Positions 1 through 10,262 of a stretch of DNA of 64,000 nucleotides are shown here, one piece after another (within the stretch, counting starts at the first letter, position 1; each line of letters starts with the position of its first letter). The stretch is taken from positions 1 through 64,000 of IMG/VR virus record IMGVR_UViG_3300028549_000249; one strand, given 5' to 3'. This stretch comes from a virus. Lineage: Duplodnaviria; Caudoviricetes. The notes under the pieces are model-generated. The model was given only the letters and a program-made list of their open reading frames with translations, ran no database searches and was not told where the DNA came from. A program made the translations under genes and the position numbers.

Positions 1-1
1 C

Positions 2-154
2 ACTTCGGACGCAGAACGCACCGCGCTCTACACCGAACTCACCAAGAAGGCTGGCACCAAAAAAGGCGGCCAAGACAAAGCCGCTCCGGTGGCCGATGAA
101 GCCGCCGAAGGTGACCCAGAGCAGCCTGCGAAGGGCGTGGTGAAAACCAAGTAA
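2..154 (+). CDS. 3' end of an upstream (probably head-related) gene, partial
   Basis: Open frame TSDAERTALY...GVVKTK* running in from the window edge; stop TAA at 152-154. Confidence 0.5.
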   Translation, partial: TSDAERTALYTELTKKAGTKKGGQDKAAPVADEAAEGDPEQPAKGVVKTK

Positions 155-186
155 TACTTCGCCTAACAAGTAAACCTAGCAAAGTC

Positions 187-810
187 ATGCCACTCGAAAA
201 GCCATATTGCTCTCTCCTCGATGTTCAGCGCGAAACCAAAAGCTCTGGTTCGGAGAATGACGAGCTGTATGAGGAGTGTATCACTCGCGCCTCACGCTGG
301 ATCGATAGTCAATGTCAACGGGATTTCTGGTTTCACGACCATTCCAGCATAGACTACTTGGTCCCTCGTGGGCGCGTGCTAGGGGACCTTGCCTTGCTTC
401 CCTTCCCGATCATCACTTTGGACGCCGTGTGGGTCTTCTCTGATAAGCTGGCAGGCAAGACTGATAACGATCTGCTCGCCATCGATGAGTATTACTATGA
501 AGCTGGGGAGCCTTCGATCTCATGCGAGTCCGACCAGTTCGGTGATTACCCGTTCAAGGGGTTCTTCATTGTCCGTGGGACGTTCGGCTACCCGCTCGCC
601 GAGACCGACCCAGAGACTACACCACCACCAACTATCCCCGCTGAAATCAGACGGGCAGCCTGCCTTGTCGCCTCTGCATGGTCAGACGAATTACACAAGG
701 AGGAGACTGGTCTGGATGGATCACGCATGGAAGTGCTAGATACCAAGATCCCAGCCGAGGCACGGACGCTTATCAAGAAGTGGGTTGAGTTGATCAACTT
801 CTCCTTCTGA
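187..810 (+). CDS. head-tail connector/adaptor (gp6/gp15-like)
   Basis: YCSLLDV...CITRASRWIDSQCQRDF N-terminus and IPAEIRRAACLVAS C-terminus typical of gp6-like connectors; first in the neck gene run. Confidence 0.7.
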   Translation: MPLEKPYCSLLDVQRETKSSGSENDELYEECITRASRWIDSQCQRDFWFHDHSSIDYLVPRGRVLGDLALLPFPIITLDAVWVFSDKLAGKTDNDLLAIDEYYYEAGEPSISCESDQFGDYPFKGFFIVRGTFGYPLAETDPETTPPPTIPAEIRRAACLVASAWSDELHKEETGLDGSRMEVLDTKIPAEARTLIKKWVELINFSF

Positions 811-1337
811 TGAGTAGCTTCAGAATATCTACGTCCACGCATGAGGCGGAAGCCGCGCTCAAGAAGGTCCGTGACGCTCTAACACCTTCTAAGGTGGATC
901 ACGTTGTCCAGCGTGTAGCTTTCGTGACTTATCGGCGTCTCGTTACTCGGACCCCTAAGCGATGGACTGGCCACACTCGGAAGAGCTGGCGTGTGACGCG
1001 CAACGGTGCCGCTAACTATACGGTCACTAATCGAAGCAAAGTCATGGTGTTCCTCGAAGAGGGAACGAAGGCGCACGGACCCGTGAAGGCGAAGCGCCTG
1101 TTCATCCCTAAGAATCGCAGGGCTGCCTTTGCTGGTCCGGCTGGAGTGTTCGCTGCGAACAAGGCAGCTCAGGCTTCAGGATCGAAGTTGCCTTTTATCA
1201 TAGGCCGTGATTACCTCTTGGTTACAAAGGTGCGAGGGATCAAAGCTCTCCACATCGTTCGAGACCATCGCCCGTTCGCCGCTACGACCCTCCGGTCTGG
1301 GATGCGACAATACATCAAATACATTCTAACAACATGA
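810..1337 (+). CDS. HK97 gp10-like tail completion/neck protein
   Basis: TPKRWTGHTRKSWRV ... YTVTNRSKVMVFLEEGT motif; position after the connector. Confidence 0.65.
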   Translation: MSSFRISTSTHEAEAALKKVRDALTPSKVDHVVQRVAFVTYRRLVTRTPKRWTGHTRKSWRVTRNGAANYTVTNRSKVMVFLEEGTKAHGPVKAKRLFIPKNRRAAFAGPAGVFAANKAAQASGSKLPFIIGRDYLLVTKVRGIKALHIVRDHRPFAATTLRSGMRQYIKYILTT

Positions 1338-1885
1338 GCACCACCGTATCAGCAGTAGCCTCCGCCCTTGCCGCATGGGAAGTCAACGAACGACTCATCT
1401 ATCATACTCGCGCAGGTAGAATGCTTGCTGGTCTGAAGTATGACCATGAGGGGACACTCAAGGTTGACGGCAAGGACGATTTCCCTTTGCTCCAGCCATG
1501 GTCCATAAACCTTGAGGAGACTGTGATGCCGGGAGCGCCTCGTGGTCGTGTCGCAGGTCAGAACTTCAGTAACTCACCCGTGTCTGAGAGTCTAACACTC
1601 GTGTTCCGGTTCGGCGCTCTTCGCACCTCCCTCTTCATGCGCAGAGCCATCACACCAAGCGGCAAGCTCGGCGCTCTCGAATGGTTGGCCAAGATCAGAG
1701 ACGCTATCGAAACCGATAGACAGGGGATCATCGACCCGTCGCTGAACAACACCATCATCAAACCTATCACGTTCAAGATCCAAGAGACGGAGACTACCCA
1801 GATGGCCTACACCACGTTCCTCGAAGTCGTCCTTCCACTGAACGTGGTCTGCCGTGGCGAGCGCGGAATGGACATCCAAGTTTGA
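1334..1885 (+). CDS. putative tail terminator
   Basis: Synteny between the gp10-like gene and the tail tube candidate; size 183 aa. Confidence 0.4.
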   Translation: MSTTVSAVASALAAWEVNERLIYHTRAGRMLAGLKYDHEGTLKVDGKDDFPLLQPWSINLEETVMPGAPRGRVAGQNFSNSPVSESLTLVFRFGALRTSLFMRRAITPSGKLGALEWLAKIRDAIETDRQGIIDPSLNNTIIKPITFKIQETETTQMAYTTFLEVVLPLNVVCRGERGMDIQV

Positions 1886-1887
1886 CG

Positions 1888-1916
1888 TTGACTTTTTTTG
1901 GGGTCGCGCACATCCT
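1888..1916 (+). promoter_or_regulatory. sigma70-like promoter (TTGACT-17-CATCCT)
   Basis: Canonical spacing; the CATCCT -10 recurs at 48043 and 57679; lies upstream of the tail tube candidate. Confidence 0.55.
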
Positions 1917-1941
1917 CCTTTGAACTTAGCCACACTACCCT

Positions 1942-2310
1942 ATGCCTGCCACACCATGCGCCACCGTCGTTGGAGAAGCCCTTGAGTTCGGTATCGATAC
2001 CGACGAAGCAGGACTTCTCACTCAATCCGTTTCTGTAACCCACAAGCAAGACAAGAAAGAAGCCCGTAACGGCTGCGGAACTGTCAAGGCTTTGGCGTTC
2101 TATAACAAGACCTCCGAGGTTTCCATTGAGGGACTCGGAACCATCGCAGACACTTTCAATGTCGGCACCGTCCTCACCCTGAGCGACAGCTATGGCATCG
2201 GCCTTGCTGGTGCGCTCTACATCGATGAGGTCACCGTAGACAAGGCCAACGAAGATTGGGTCAAATCCTCAATCAAAGCCACTGCCTACGCTGGTATTCC
2301 GGGAGTTTAA
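1942..2310 (+). CDS. putative major tail (tube) protein
   Basis: Small beta-rich protein with its own promoter, upstream of chaperone and tape measure. Confidence 0.5.
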   Translation: MPATPCATVVGEALEFGIDTDEAGLLTQSVSVTHKQDKKEARNGCGTVKALAFYNKTSEVSIEGLGTIADTFNVGTVLTLSDSYGIGLAGALYIDEVTVDKANEDWVKSSIKATAYAGIPGV

Positions 2311-2361
2311 CATTTGACCGTCGGTCAAAACCTAGCCTAAGGACATAGAGCCGAAGGTTGA

Positions 2362-2805
2362 TTGCATCTGAGACTTATGAGCGAAGAACTAACAAATGTT
2401 AAGCAGGGGACAGAAATCGTCCTAGTGAAGAACCTCGACCTTGCCGTCTGTCTGGTGAGTGTCGGGGTTCGTCTGCGTAGTGACCCTCCGTATTCCGCAG
2501 TGAAGACGGAGGCTGGTGTGGTATCCGTCACCTACAATTTCCATAGCAGATCGGCGTGTGGCACGTATCTGACGATGGATCTCTGCAAGGCGTTCTCGGA
2601 GGATATGAAATGGATCGCCGCCCACCCTTCGCACCCATTCACGTTCGCCATGGTGGCCGTGAAGAATCTTGAGTCGTTCAAGGAGAGCCTTGCTAGGGCC
2701 GTCCCTTTCGTGTCCTTCCGTGCGTCCGGCGCTGCCGTGCTTTACGTCAAGGAGGGGAGCGAGAAGCACAGACGTTGTGTGGCTAAGGGCATGACTCAAA
2801 TCTAA
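2362..2805 (+). CDS. hypothetical protein
   Basis: Open frame in the tail operon (start may be ATG 2377); no motif recognised. Confidence 0.6.
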   Translation: MHLRLMSEELTNVKQGTEIVLVKNLDLAVCLVSVGVRLRSDPPYSAVKTEAGVVSVTYNFHSRSACGTYLTMDLCKAFSEDMKWIAAHPSHPFTFAMVAVKNLESFKESLARAVPFVSFRASGAAVLYVKEGSEKHRRCVAKGMTQI

Positions 2806-2833
2806 CATTCTTCTAACATAAACGAACACTACT

Positions 2834-3298
2834 ATGGCTACCAAAAGAAAACCAGTTGAACAAGGCACCGGAATCAACCCAGACGACCTCCAAGGGATCA
2901 TGGATGACTCGGTGGTCCCTGAAATCGTAGGGCACAAACCTGAGCTGCTCGGACGCAAGCTGCGACCTGTTACTCTAGCCTCCATCGCTCTCCTGAAGCA
3001 AATCAAGTCCGACCTGATTGCGGGCGTGAACATTGAGACGTCGGAGAATATCATCATCGACTCGTGCGTATTCGTCTTGCTCCACTCCATGCCGCTCGAA
3101 GAAGCCGCAGAGTTGGCGTTCGGCCCTCCCGCCAAGCTCAAACTCGCTGCTCTCCATCTTGCCGACGAAATCAAAGCCACGAACATCTCTGAGTTGACAA
3201 CCACCATCGTTGAGATGCTCCGCGATGCTACGTCCACTCAGGTCAAGGCGTTGCCGAAAAAGGGCGAGTTGCCGGATAATCCACTGGGAAACTTGTAG
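2834..3298 (+). CDS. tail assembly chaperone (lambda G-like)
   Basis: Directly upstream of the tape measure; ends with in-frame slippery heptamer G GGA AAC. Confidence 0.75.
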   Translation: MATKRKPVEQGTGINPDDLQGIMDDSVVPEIVGHKPELLGRKLRPVTLASIALLKQIKSDLIAGVNIETSENIIIDSCVFVLLHSMPLEEAAELAFGPPAKLKLAALHLADEIKATNISELTTTIVEMLRDATSTQVKALPKKGELPDNPLGNL

Positions 3299-3489
3299 GC
3301 CCTCCATGGTTGATCCGCATGGCAGGCATAGTCGCGGAAACCAGCCATGAGACGGGCACCTACGTTCTGAGAGAGATGCCACTGAAAATGGTGTTTGCCT
3401 ATGAACACCTGTTCTACATCAAGAACGGGTATGGCTGCGAAGTTCTATCCTTCAAGCAATCTCTTGATGATTTACTCAAATCACTATAA
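3286..3489 (+). CDS. -1 frameshift extension of the tail chaperone (lambda GT-like)
   Basis: GGGAAAC at 3286-3292; -1 frame reads GKLVGPPWLIRM...YVLREMPLKMVFAYEH...LLKSL* to TAA 3487-3489, ending 9 nt before the tape measure ATG. Confidence 0.8.
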   Translation, partial: GKLVGPPWLIRMAGIVAETSHETGTYVLREMPLKMVFAYEHLFYIKNGYGCEVLSFKQSLDDLLKSL

Positions 3490-3498
3490 GGTCCCGAC

Positions 3499-6400
3499 AT
3501 GGCCGCAGGAAATCCAGCAGTAACAATCAACATCAATGCTCAAGCTGCGTCTGCCAACGCAGCCTTGAAGCAGGTGGGCGCTAACATAAAGGGACTCCAA
3601 GGCGCGTCCTCTATGGTCACCGATGGGATGAATAAGCTGAACGGTAGCCTATCCAGCGCGGTAAGCTCCATCGCTGGTCTAGCAACCGCCTATCTAGGTC
3701 TTCAGTCGGCGATGGGTGTCGTTAATAGCCTCATCTCAGTGAACAAGGACTTCGAACAGAGCATGCAGACTGTTAGGTCCATCGTTCAGCTAAACGCTGG
3801 ATTCACTGAAGAGGGGTTCAAGCGTATGCACGCTGAAGCTCGCCGTGTCGGTGCCGTCACTCGTTACTCCGCCGATGAAGCCGCCCAAGGTCTTAAATAT
3901 CTAGCACAGACTGGTTTCACCGCAGCGCAATCCACCGAGGCGCTTGCCGACATCCTCAGTTTGGCTCAGGCCGCTAACATGGACCTCGGTAGGACGTCCG
4001 AGATTACCGCCACTATGATGATGGCGTTCGGAGCTGAAACCTCTGACACCGCACGCTTCTGTGACGTCCTTGCCAAGGCCGCCTCCCTTTCAGCCACGGA
4101 CGTTGAACAGCTCTCGCAGGCGATGAAGTATGCAGCCCCCATTGCGGCGGGTCTGGGTCAATCTCTGGAGCAAACGGCAGAGGGCGTTGCGGTCCTCTCG
4201 AACTCAGGTATGCAGTCGGACATGGCGGGAACTGGTATCCGCATGATGCTGTTAGGTCTAGTTGAGGAGGGAGCCAAGGGTATCAAAGTCGCCAAGGAGC
4301 TTGGACTGTCATTCGATGACCTCAACCCGAAGACTCACTCGTTGGCTGAGATCACAAAGAAGCTGAAGGACGCAAACTTCGGAGTGATTGAGGCATACAA
4401 GGCGTTCGGTGCGCGAGGCGGTGCCGCCGCATCCATCCTCGTCAAGAATGCTGACGCCATAGAAGAAACGCACAAGGCCCTGCTTAACGCTAAGGGTTCT
4501 GTCTCCTCTATGGCAGCAACCATGGACGATAGCCTCCAAGGTGCGATCTATCGTGTCACATCCGGCTGGGAGGAAATGATGCTTCAGATCGGCGACGGTG
4601 GGTTCGGTGAATCTGTCAGATCCATGGTCGAGAGTGTCGCCACGCTGTTCGAGGAGATCAACAATAACGGTAGCTTGAAGGGCTTAGGTCAGACTATTGG
4701 AAACAATCTAACAGCAAGTGTCGAGGCGCTGGTCTCCGCCTTTAAGAGGGTGCAGCCTCACCTCAGCACCGTGGTTACTTTGATGAAGGGATTGCTTGCA
4801 GTTGCTCTGGCGAATAAACTCATGAGCTCCTCTATGTTCGCCGCAGCATCTAACGGGTTGAAAATTTTCAGTGGGTCCCTAACACGAGCAATAGCTCAGT
4901 TCGGCGTTCTAAGGCAGACGGGAACTGGCACGTTCGCTGCCATCGGCGCTTCCGCCGCTAACGCAGGAAGGATGATGTCCGTTGGCTTAGCTAAGGGTGC
5001 CTCAGGTATCGCAGCCATAAATGTAGCCATGCTCGCACTCATGTTCTCGGCAGACGCGATCAAATCCGCTGTGGAGATGGCGTTTACTGGTGGGTGGGAT
5101 ACCGACATGGTTGATAGGTATGTAGCTGCCATGCAGGACGCAGGTAAGGCGGTTGACGATAGGATCGACGCCACTAATAGCCTGCGCAATGCGATAGCTA
5201 ACCTCCGCTCTGAAGAGGAGAAGGCAGCCCAGAGCGCCGACCTCGACAAAAGGGCTGACGCCCTACGGAAGGAGATCGCAGCTAAGGAGAACGCACTCCA
5301 GGTCCCTGAGTTTTCCTTTGTAGAAAAACTTGCCTCTGTGCCACCTGTAGGGGGTGCGATGGTTAGGGCTAGGATGGAAGGCGAGATTGAGATATACAAG
5401 GCGGGGGTCACCGAGATCGAGCAGCTTGAAGCGGGTCTGGCTGAAGTCCTTAAGGGTAAGGAGAGCATGTCCGCCATCCCTAAACATAGGCTCATCGATC
5501 CACTCGAAGTCAAAACCGTTGAGGATGGCGTGGTCGCTGTCTTAGCTCTCAAGGCGAGGATCATTGCCCTCAATAAGGCTAAAGCCGCCTCGGAGGACTC
5601 GTTCCTTCCGTCCGAGGAGAAGAACGTCGCAATATACACTGAAGAGATTGCACTTCTACAAAAGCAACTATCGATCCTTGCTCGGAATGCCGACATAAAC
5701 ATCGAAGTCTATAAGGCAGAGCAACGCACCACAGAAGAGAAGAAGAAGCAAGTCGCCCTTTCGCTTGAGCTGATAGAGAAAGCAAGCGAGATGGCTGAGA
5801 AGGCTAAGCTCGACAACGAGGAGAGGAGCATCGTCGCCCTCCCCGATAAGGAGCAGCAGATCAAGGCTCGCCTGACCGGCGTTGACGTTGGTAGCACAAG
5901 CGCATTGCGCGACGAACTCATCGCCCTAACATCCAGAACGCAGGGTGGTAATAACCCGTTGACTGAGGATGAGGTTGCTAGATACGAAAAACTGCTTGAG
6001 GTTGAGGGTAAGATTTATGACCTCAGGACGCAGATTCAGACGGATACCGACAAGAAGTCGGAGACCGCCAATGCCGCTGAAGCTGAGGTTCAGGCGCAGC
6101 TCAACTTGAATGCCGCCAAACTCGCTGGCAACAAGGCCGAGGAGCGGAGGCTCGCCATCGCTGCCAAGGCTCGTGAGCTTGACAAGGAAGGCGTGAAGGA
6201 CGCTTACGCGAAAGCTCAGGCTTTGATCGACGGCCAAGACGCACTCGATAAGAAGGGCACTAAGGACAACCTCAACTCCACGCAGATCGTTGACTCGAAG
6301 CAATCTATCGGCGGTGGTGGGAATTTCTACGCCACCGATAACGACAAGATGCTAACAGTGGCGGAGCGGTCTGCCAAGGCCAACGAGACCACCGCGCTGA

Positions 6401-6630
6401 ACACTGGCCTCCTTACCGGTAATGCAGGCTCCACTCCGAAAGTCGCACTCACCCCTACAGTCGAAGGTGGATCTTTCGTTCCACCAAAGACAACCACTAT
6501 CACACCAACCATCGGCTCCACCTCTGGGTCAAGGGATCAGATGGCCACCCTATTGACCTCAATCCGTGACGTCCTCCTCCGCATGGAGAAGAGTCCTGGA
6601 TTCATGCTAAAAGTTAGAACCACAGGATAA
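3499..6630 (+). CDS. tail tape measure protein (TP901 family)
   Basis: TRYSADEAAQGLKYLAQTG, TDVEQLSQAMKYAAPIA, GMQSDMAGTGIRMML core; Ala-rich helical 1043 aa. Confidence 0.95.
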   Translation: MAAGNPAVTININAQAASANAALKQVGANIKGLQGASSMVTDGMNKLNGSLSSAVSSIAGLATAYLGLQSAMGVVNSLISVNKDFEQSMQTVRSIVQLNAGFTEEGFKRMHAEARRVGAVTRYSADEAAQGLKYLAQTGFTAAQSTEALADILSLAQAANMDLGRTSEITATMMMAFGAETSDTARFCDVLAKAASLSATDVEQLSQAMKYAAPIAAGLGQSLEQTAEGVAVLSNSGMQSDMAGTGIRMMLLGLVEEGAKGIKVAKELGLSFDDLNPKTHSLAEITKKLKDANFGVIEAYKAFGARGGAAASILVKNADAIEETHKALLNAKGSVSSMAATMDDSLQGAIYRVTSGWEEMMLQIGDGGFGESVRSMVESVATLFEEINNNGSLKGLGQTIGNNLTASVEALVSAFKRVQPHLSTVVTLMKGLLAVALANKLMSSSMFAAASNGLKIFSGSLTRAIAQFGVLRQTGTGTFAAIGASAANAGRMMSVGLAKGASGIAAINVAMLALMFSADAIKSAVEMAFTGGWDTDMVDRYVAAMQDAGKAVDDRIDATNSLRNAIANLRSEEEKAAQSADLDKRADALRKEIAAKENALQVPEFSFVEKLASVPPVGGAMVRARMEGEIEIYKAGVTEIEQLEAGLAEVLKGKESMSAIPKHRLIDPLEVKTVEDGVVAVLALKARIIALNKAKAASEDSFLPSEEKNVAIYTEEIALLQKQLSILARNADINIEVYKAEQRTTEEKKKQVALSLELIEKASEMAEKAKLDNEERSIVALPDKEQQIKARLTGVDVGSTSALRDELIALTSRTQGGNNPLTEDEVARYEKLLEVEGKIYDLRTQIQTDTDKKSETANAAEAEVQAQLNLNAAKLAGNKAEERRLAIAAKARELDKEGVKDAYAKAQALIDGQDALDKKGTKDNLNSTQIVDSKQSIGGGGNFYATDNDKMLTVAERSAKANETTALNTGLLTGNAGSTPKVALTPTVEGGSFVPPKTTTITPTIGSTSGSRDQMATLLTSIRDVLLRMEKSPGFMLKVRTTG

Positions 6631-6631
6631 G

Positions 6632-7417
6632 ATGCCAACAAGTGAATACTTCTGGGTAGGTGAATCGCTGGCGACTCTGTTGCCGGACGTTCCCTCAACT
6701 ATTGAGTTCGACGACATCGGCATCGCCTCCGCCGAACTGGTCTACAGTTGTGACTGGGACGTCGCTGTCCCTCTGGTGTCAGCCATTACGGTTCACCCCG
6801 ATTACGATTTCCTCAAAAGGAAGACGGCATCGATCCAGAGGGAAGAGGCTAACATGGCCAAAGTCTCTATCAAGTTCGAGGGTATCGATCCCTCCGGCGG
6901 GGGTGACCCTGATGAGGCTGTCAGGACAGAATACACTCTTGAGGGATCATCCTCCTCAGAGCCGATTGAGGCTCACCCAGAATTCGAGGACAACATCGCA
7001 GGCAAGCCGTCCAGCCCACTGAACGGCGCCCTATTCGTGGACCCGATAACTGGAGAGCAGAGCGATCGTGATAACGGTGATGGGAACGACCTACTTGCTG
7101 GGGTGTTCAGTAAGTTCCAGTGTGTGTCGCCCACCCCTTCGCACCCTAAGTTCGGCATCAAAAGTTATCAGGAGAAGGGGTTCGTTTATACTGAGGTCAA
7201 GACCTATAGCTCAGCGAGTGCGGCGTCCATATCTATCAATATGAACGGGATCGGGACTATCAATACTCCTCCAGCGTCCGACATCCTGCCTACAGTCAAT
7301 AGCCCTCGTAACTGGATTCTTTCGTCATGCACCGCAGTCATTGTGGGTTCCGGTGTCAAAGTCACAAGGTCGTGGATGCTATCAGGTCGCCGTGGATGGG
7401 ACCCAGATATTTACTAG
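6632..7417 (+). CDS. tail tip/distal tail-region protein
   Basis: Immediately after the tape measure; beta-rich; family not recognised. Confidence 0.45.
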   Translation: MPTSEYFWVGESLATLLPDVPSTIEFDDIGIASAELVYSCDWDVAVPLVSAITVHPDYDFLKRKTASIQREEANMAKVSIKFEGIDPSGGGDPDEAVRTEYTLEGSSSSEPIEAHPEFEDNIAGKPSSPLNGALFVDPITGEQSDRDNGDGNDLLAGVFSKFQCVSPTPSHPKFGIKSYQEKGFVYTEVKTYSSASAASISINMNGIGTINTPPASDILPTVNSPRNWILSSCTAVIVGSGVKVTRSWMLSGRRGWDPDIY

Positions 7418-7427
7418 GAACTAACAC

Positions 7428-8606
7428 ATGGCCAAGCAACTCAAATTTGAAATTCCCGGGCAGCCTGAACTCCAGAGCGCCCTTAACGAGCTGTCAGCTC
7501 GCGTCCAATTGAACGCTGAGGCGATTGGTTCTTCGGACAGCAAGCTGAAGTTTGTCGATAGCAATACCCTATCCGCAAGGGTTGAGGGTTCGATGGTTTC
7601 ATTCGACCTTAAACCTGAAGATCCAGACAAGGCCCTGAGAATCGGAAGGTTCCTTGTTAGGCTCGCCCTTAATAGCCAAAGGCTCTACGTCTCGGAAGGG
7701 ACCGTTGCGCCCGTCCCTAGCGAAGTGAGTGGATTGTGCGTCCCTGAGCTACCTACACTTAACGATCTCCCTATCAATGACCCTGAGTCGTGGTTCGACC
7801 TCTCTACGCTCTCCTCTGACACAGAGTATTACGTGCTGGTGGTGATGCACCCCGATGGCTCAGTCATTGAGGTTGAGGAGGTCGAGTCTGGGGAATCCTC
7901 CGATGATACTCCTAGGCTTGTCCTCGCAAAGTTCACTCTGAAATCGCGGGAGGATGGTGCGTCGGGGGGCGGCTACGATTTCGATGAGTTTGAGCAATTG
8001 TGGAAGAGCGACATTGAGTGGGTGCCCGCCGAGTCCAGCTCCTCTTCGGTGGTATCCTCGTCTAGCTCAGCGATTAGCTCTACTCCAAGCTCCAGCGAAG
8101 GACCAAGCTCCGCGCCTTCTGGTTCGAGTGGGGTAGCCTCCAGCGGTGGTGGTGCCTCCAGCGGTGCCTCTGGAGGTGGTGGGTCAGGTGGTTACGGCTC
8201 TAGTGCTAAGTCTAGCAACGCTATCGTCGGGATGCCTTGGCAGAAAGGTGGGTTCGGTGCGCTGGCTACTGTTGAGAGCAATGAGGTCCTATTCGAGTTC
8301 GTGCTTCGGGACACCCAACTCAAGGGCGCAGAGACTAGAGTCAAAATCAATTCCCACTTCGCCTACGTGTGTGAGCCTAACTCTTTCACTGTGATGGTCG
8401 CCAGCAACGACAAGCCATGGCCACTCGCAGCCTACATTGATGTCGATCACATTGTGGTCAAGGCATGGCCACTCCTCAGGCCCGATAAAGTGACCATCCG
8501 TCTTACCGGAGTCCGGCGCGGGTTCGCTGATTGGAACATGCCTAACAGAACACTTGAGCAGTTTGAACAAAACGAGGCCTCGCTTAGAGCGATGTATAAG
8601 CAATGA
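7428..8606 (+). CDS. tail-associated protein with Ser/Gly-rich linker
   Basis: ~60-aa S/G tract (aa ~203-263); C-terminal globular domain; tail synteny. Confidence 0.5.
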   Translation: MAKQLKFEIPGQPELQSALNELSARVQLNAEAIGSSDSKLKFVDSNTLSARVEGSMVSFDLKPEDPDKALRIGRFLVRLALNSQRLYVSEGTVAPVPSEVSGLCVPELPTLNDLPINDPESWFDLSTLSSDTEYYVLVVMHPDGSVIEVEEVESGESSDDTPRLVLAKFTLKSREDGASGGGYDFDEFEQLWKSDIEWVPAESSSSSVVSSSSSAISSTPSSSEGPSSAPSGSSGVASSGGGASSGASGGGGSGGYGSSAKSSNAIVGMPWQKGGFGALATVESNEVLFEFVLRDTQLKGAETRVKINSHFAYVCEPNSFTVMVASNDKPWPLAAYIDVDHIVVKAWPLLRPDKVTIRLTGVRRGFADWNMPNRTLEQFEQNEASLRAMYKQ

Positions 8607-10030
8607 GTAGTTACGGAAGTGCGAAGTCGTCTAGCAGTGTCCTCTCCAGCGAATCTAGCCTGTCCTCTGGATCAGGTAGGTCTAGTGGGCCATCTTCTTT
8701 CGGTTCTAGTAGGTCAGGAGGCTCCGCACCTCCATCCTCTGGTGATGGTTGCCTGCAATGCACCTCAATCTGTGTCGAGCTTGTTTCGCTACTGGGAACC
8801 CGTGACGGGCAATACACTCTAACCGGGAACCCCATAGACGGGTATACTGGATCGTTCGATTCTCCTGGAGTAACCGGAACAGCCTACACCATAACTGTGA
8901 AGTGGTTCGCTCCTAACAATAGCTGGGGGTGGTCAATGATTCCATCGCCCATAGTTAGTGCTGACTTTACTGATGCTGGGGTTGAGGGTTGCACCCCTGT
9001 AGCTGGCTCGACTGGATACACGAATGAGTCCGGCGTCTCTACCAGCATCACCGTTCTACATTGCGGTTCGTGCAACGAAAGCTCCAGCGCGATCTCCTCT
9101 GAGTCCTACATATCCAGTTCCGGCTGCCCTTGCGATCCAGATCAACTCAACTTGTGCATAGGCATCAGAACCTACCCAGACTTTGAGCTAGAGGCGATAC
9201 CTCTAACTGGAAGCCTATGCTCTGGCATCTTTGACGACGGGAATGGGACTGGCGTCTTTTGGGACGGTGCCTCGTGGTCCTGCTACACGGTGCTCGCAGG
9301 GCAGCCTCTACAGTTCGTGTCCTCGACTGATAGGTGCGATCCAATAGGTGCCCACTGGATAGCCAATGAATCCAGTCCTCAGCAGTGGGAAATCGAAGTT
9401 GTGAGCTTCAACTCCTACTGCCCTTGCGACTGTGCAGACTTCACTGTCGAGGGTCATACCGTGGATGACTCGCTGAGCAATGTCGGGTCATTAACCGTAG
9501 CGCGTGGCTGGCGGAAGACCGCAGAAGGCTCTGGCCTTTCGGCTCTTGCAGTTGGCGCGTTGACTGGAACCTATGCTAATATTAAACCTAGCACGAGTCC
9601 GTCTGCCGTTGAGGATGATAACGCATGGGATGTCATTCCACTCGGAGTGCATGGGTCTAACGCAAACGGAACTGTCACGTTGAAAGTGTGCTCGGTGACT
9701 AAGATCAGATTCAAGGTCACTTGCGACAAAGACACCACCAATGGAGCCACCGTTACCTTCAAGTTAAATGACGTCGGTGTGTCCGGCGCAATCGTTAATA
9801 CCACCCCACCATTCACACCAACTCCTCCCTCGCCTACAGAGTCGGGCGGGGTCGTTACTATCAACGCTCTGGGTGGTGGTTCGTCATTCACCTACGAGAT
9901 CGACCTGCCTACCACAGCTCCGAAGCCTTGCTACTCGATAATCACTGTAACGGCTGACTTCAACCAGAACGCAACCGACGAAGTGTATTGCCGCCTAATA
10001 GTTGAAGAGGTGCTTGGTGGGTCGATATAG
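8603..10030 (+). CDS. Ser- and Cys-rich tail-associated protein
   Basis: N-terminal Ser tract, repeated CPCD modules, Pro-rich linker; overlaps the previous stop (ATGA). Confidence 0.5.
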   Translation: MSSYGSAKSSSSVLSSESSLSSGSGRSSGPSSFGSSRSGGSAPPSSGDGCLQCTSICVELVSLLGTRDGQYTLTGNPIDGYTGSFDSPGVTGTAYTITVKWFAPNNSWGWSMIPSPIVSADFTDAGVEGCTPVAGSTGYTNESGVSTSITVLHCGSCNESSSAISSESYISSSGCPCDPDQLNLCIGIRTYPDFELEAIPLTGSLCSGIFDDGNGTGVFWDGASWSCYTVLAGQPLQFVSSTDRCDPIGAHWIANESSPQQWEIEVVSFNSYCPCDCADFTVEGHTVDDSLSNVGSLTVARGWRKTAEGSGLSALAVGALTGTYANIKPSTSPSAVEDDNAWDVIPLGVHGSNANGTVTLKVCSVTKIRFKVTCDKDTTNGATVTFKLNDVGVSGAIVNTTPPFTPTPPSPTESGGVVTINALGGGSSFTYEIDLPTTAPKPCYSIITVTADFNQNATDEVYCRLIVEEVLGGSI

Positions 10031-10152
10031 CGTGATTGACTGTTCGAGTGTTTAGCTTTAAGACTGAGCATCCAAAACGAGAGGGCCGTGCATTACTTTA
10101 CGAAAATAGGGCGATTTAGTCGGAGGTTTGACCGTCGGTCAAAAATCATAGC

Positions 10153-10249
10153 CCTAGATTGCGAGGACATGCCCCTTCCTGCCCTCAGTTATGCGGTATC
10201 GTATCAAAATCAACGCTGCGAACGATTTGGCTCTAACAATTTTCTAACA
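10153..10249. repeat. dispersed intergenic element, copy A (related to 20754, 42219, 57543)
   Basis: TAGATTGC...TTATG.GGTATCGTATC..AAAA...GAACGATTTG.CTCTAACA.TTTTCTAACA shared with 57543-57642. Confidence 0.75.
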
Positions 10250-10262
10250 ACACTCATTTAGC

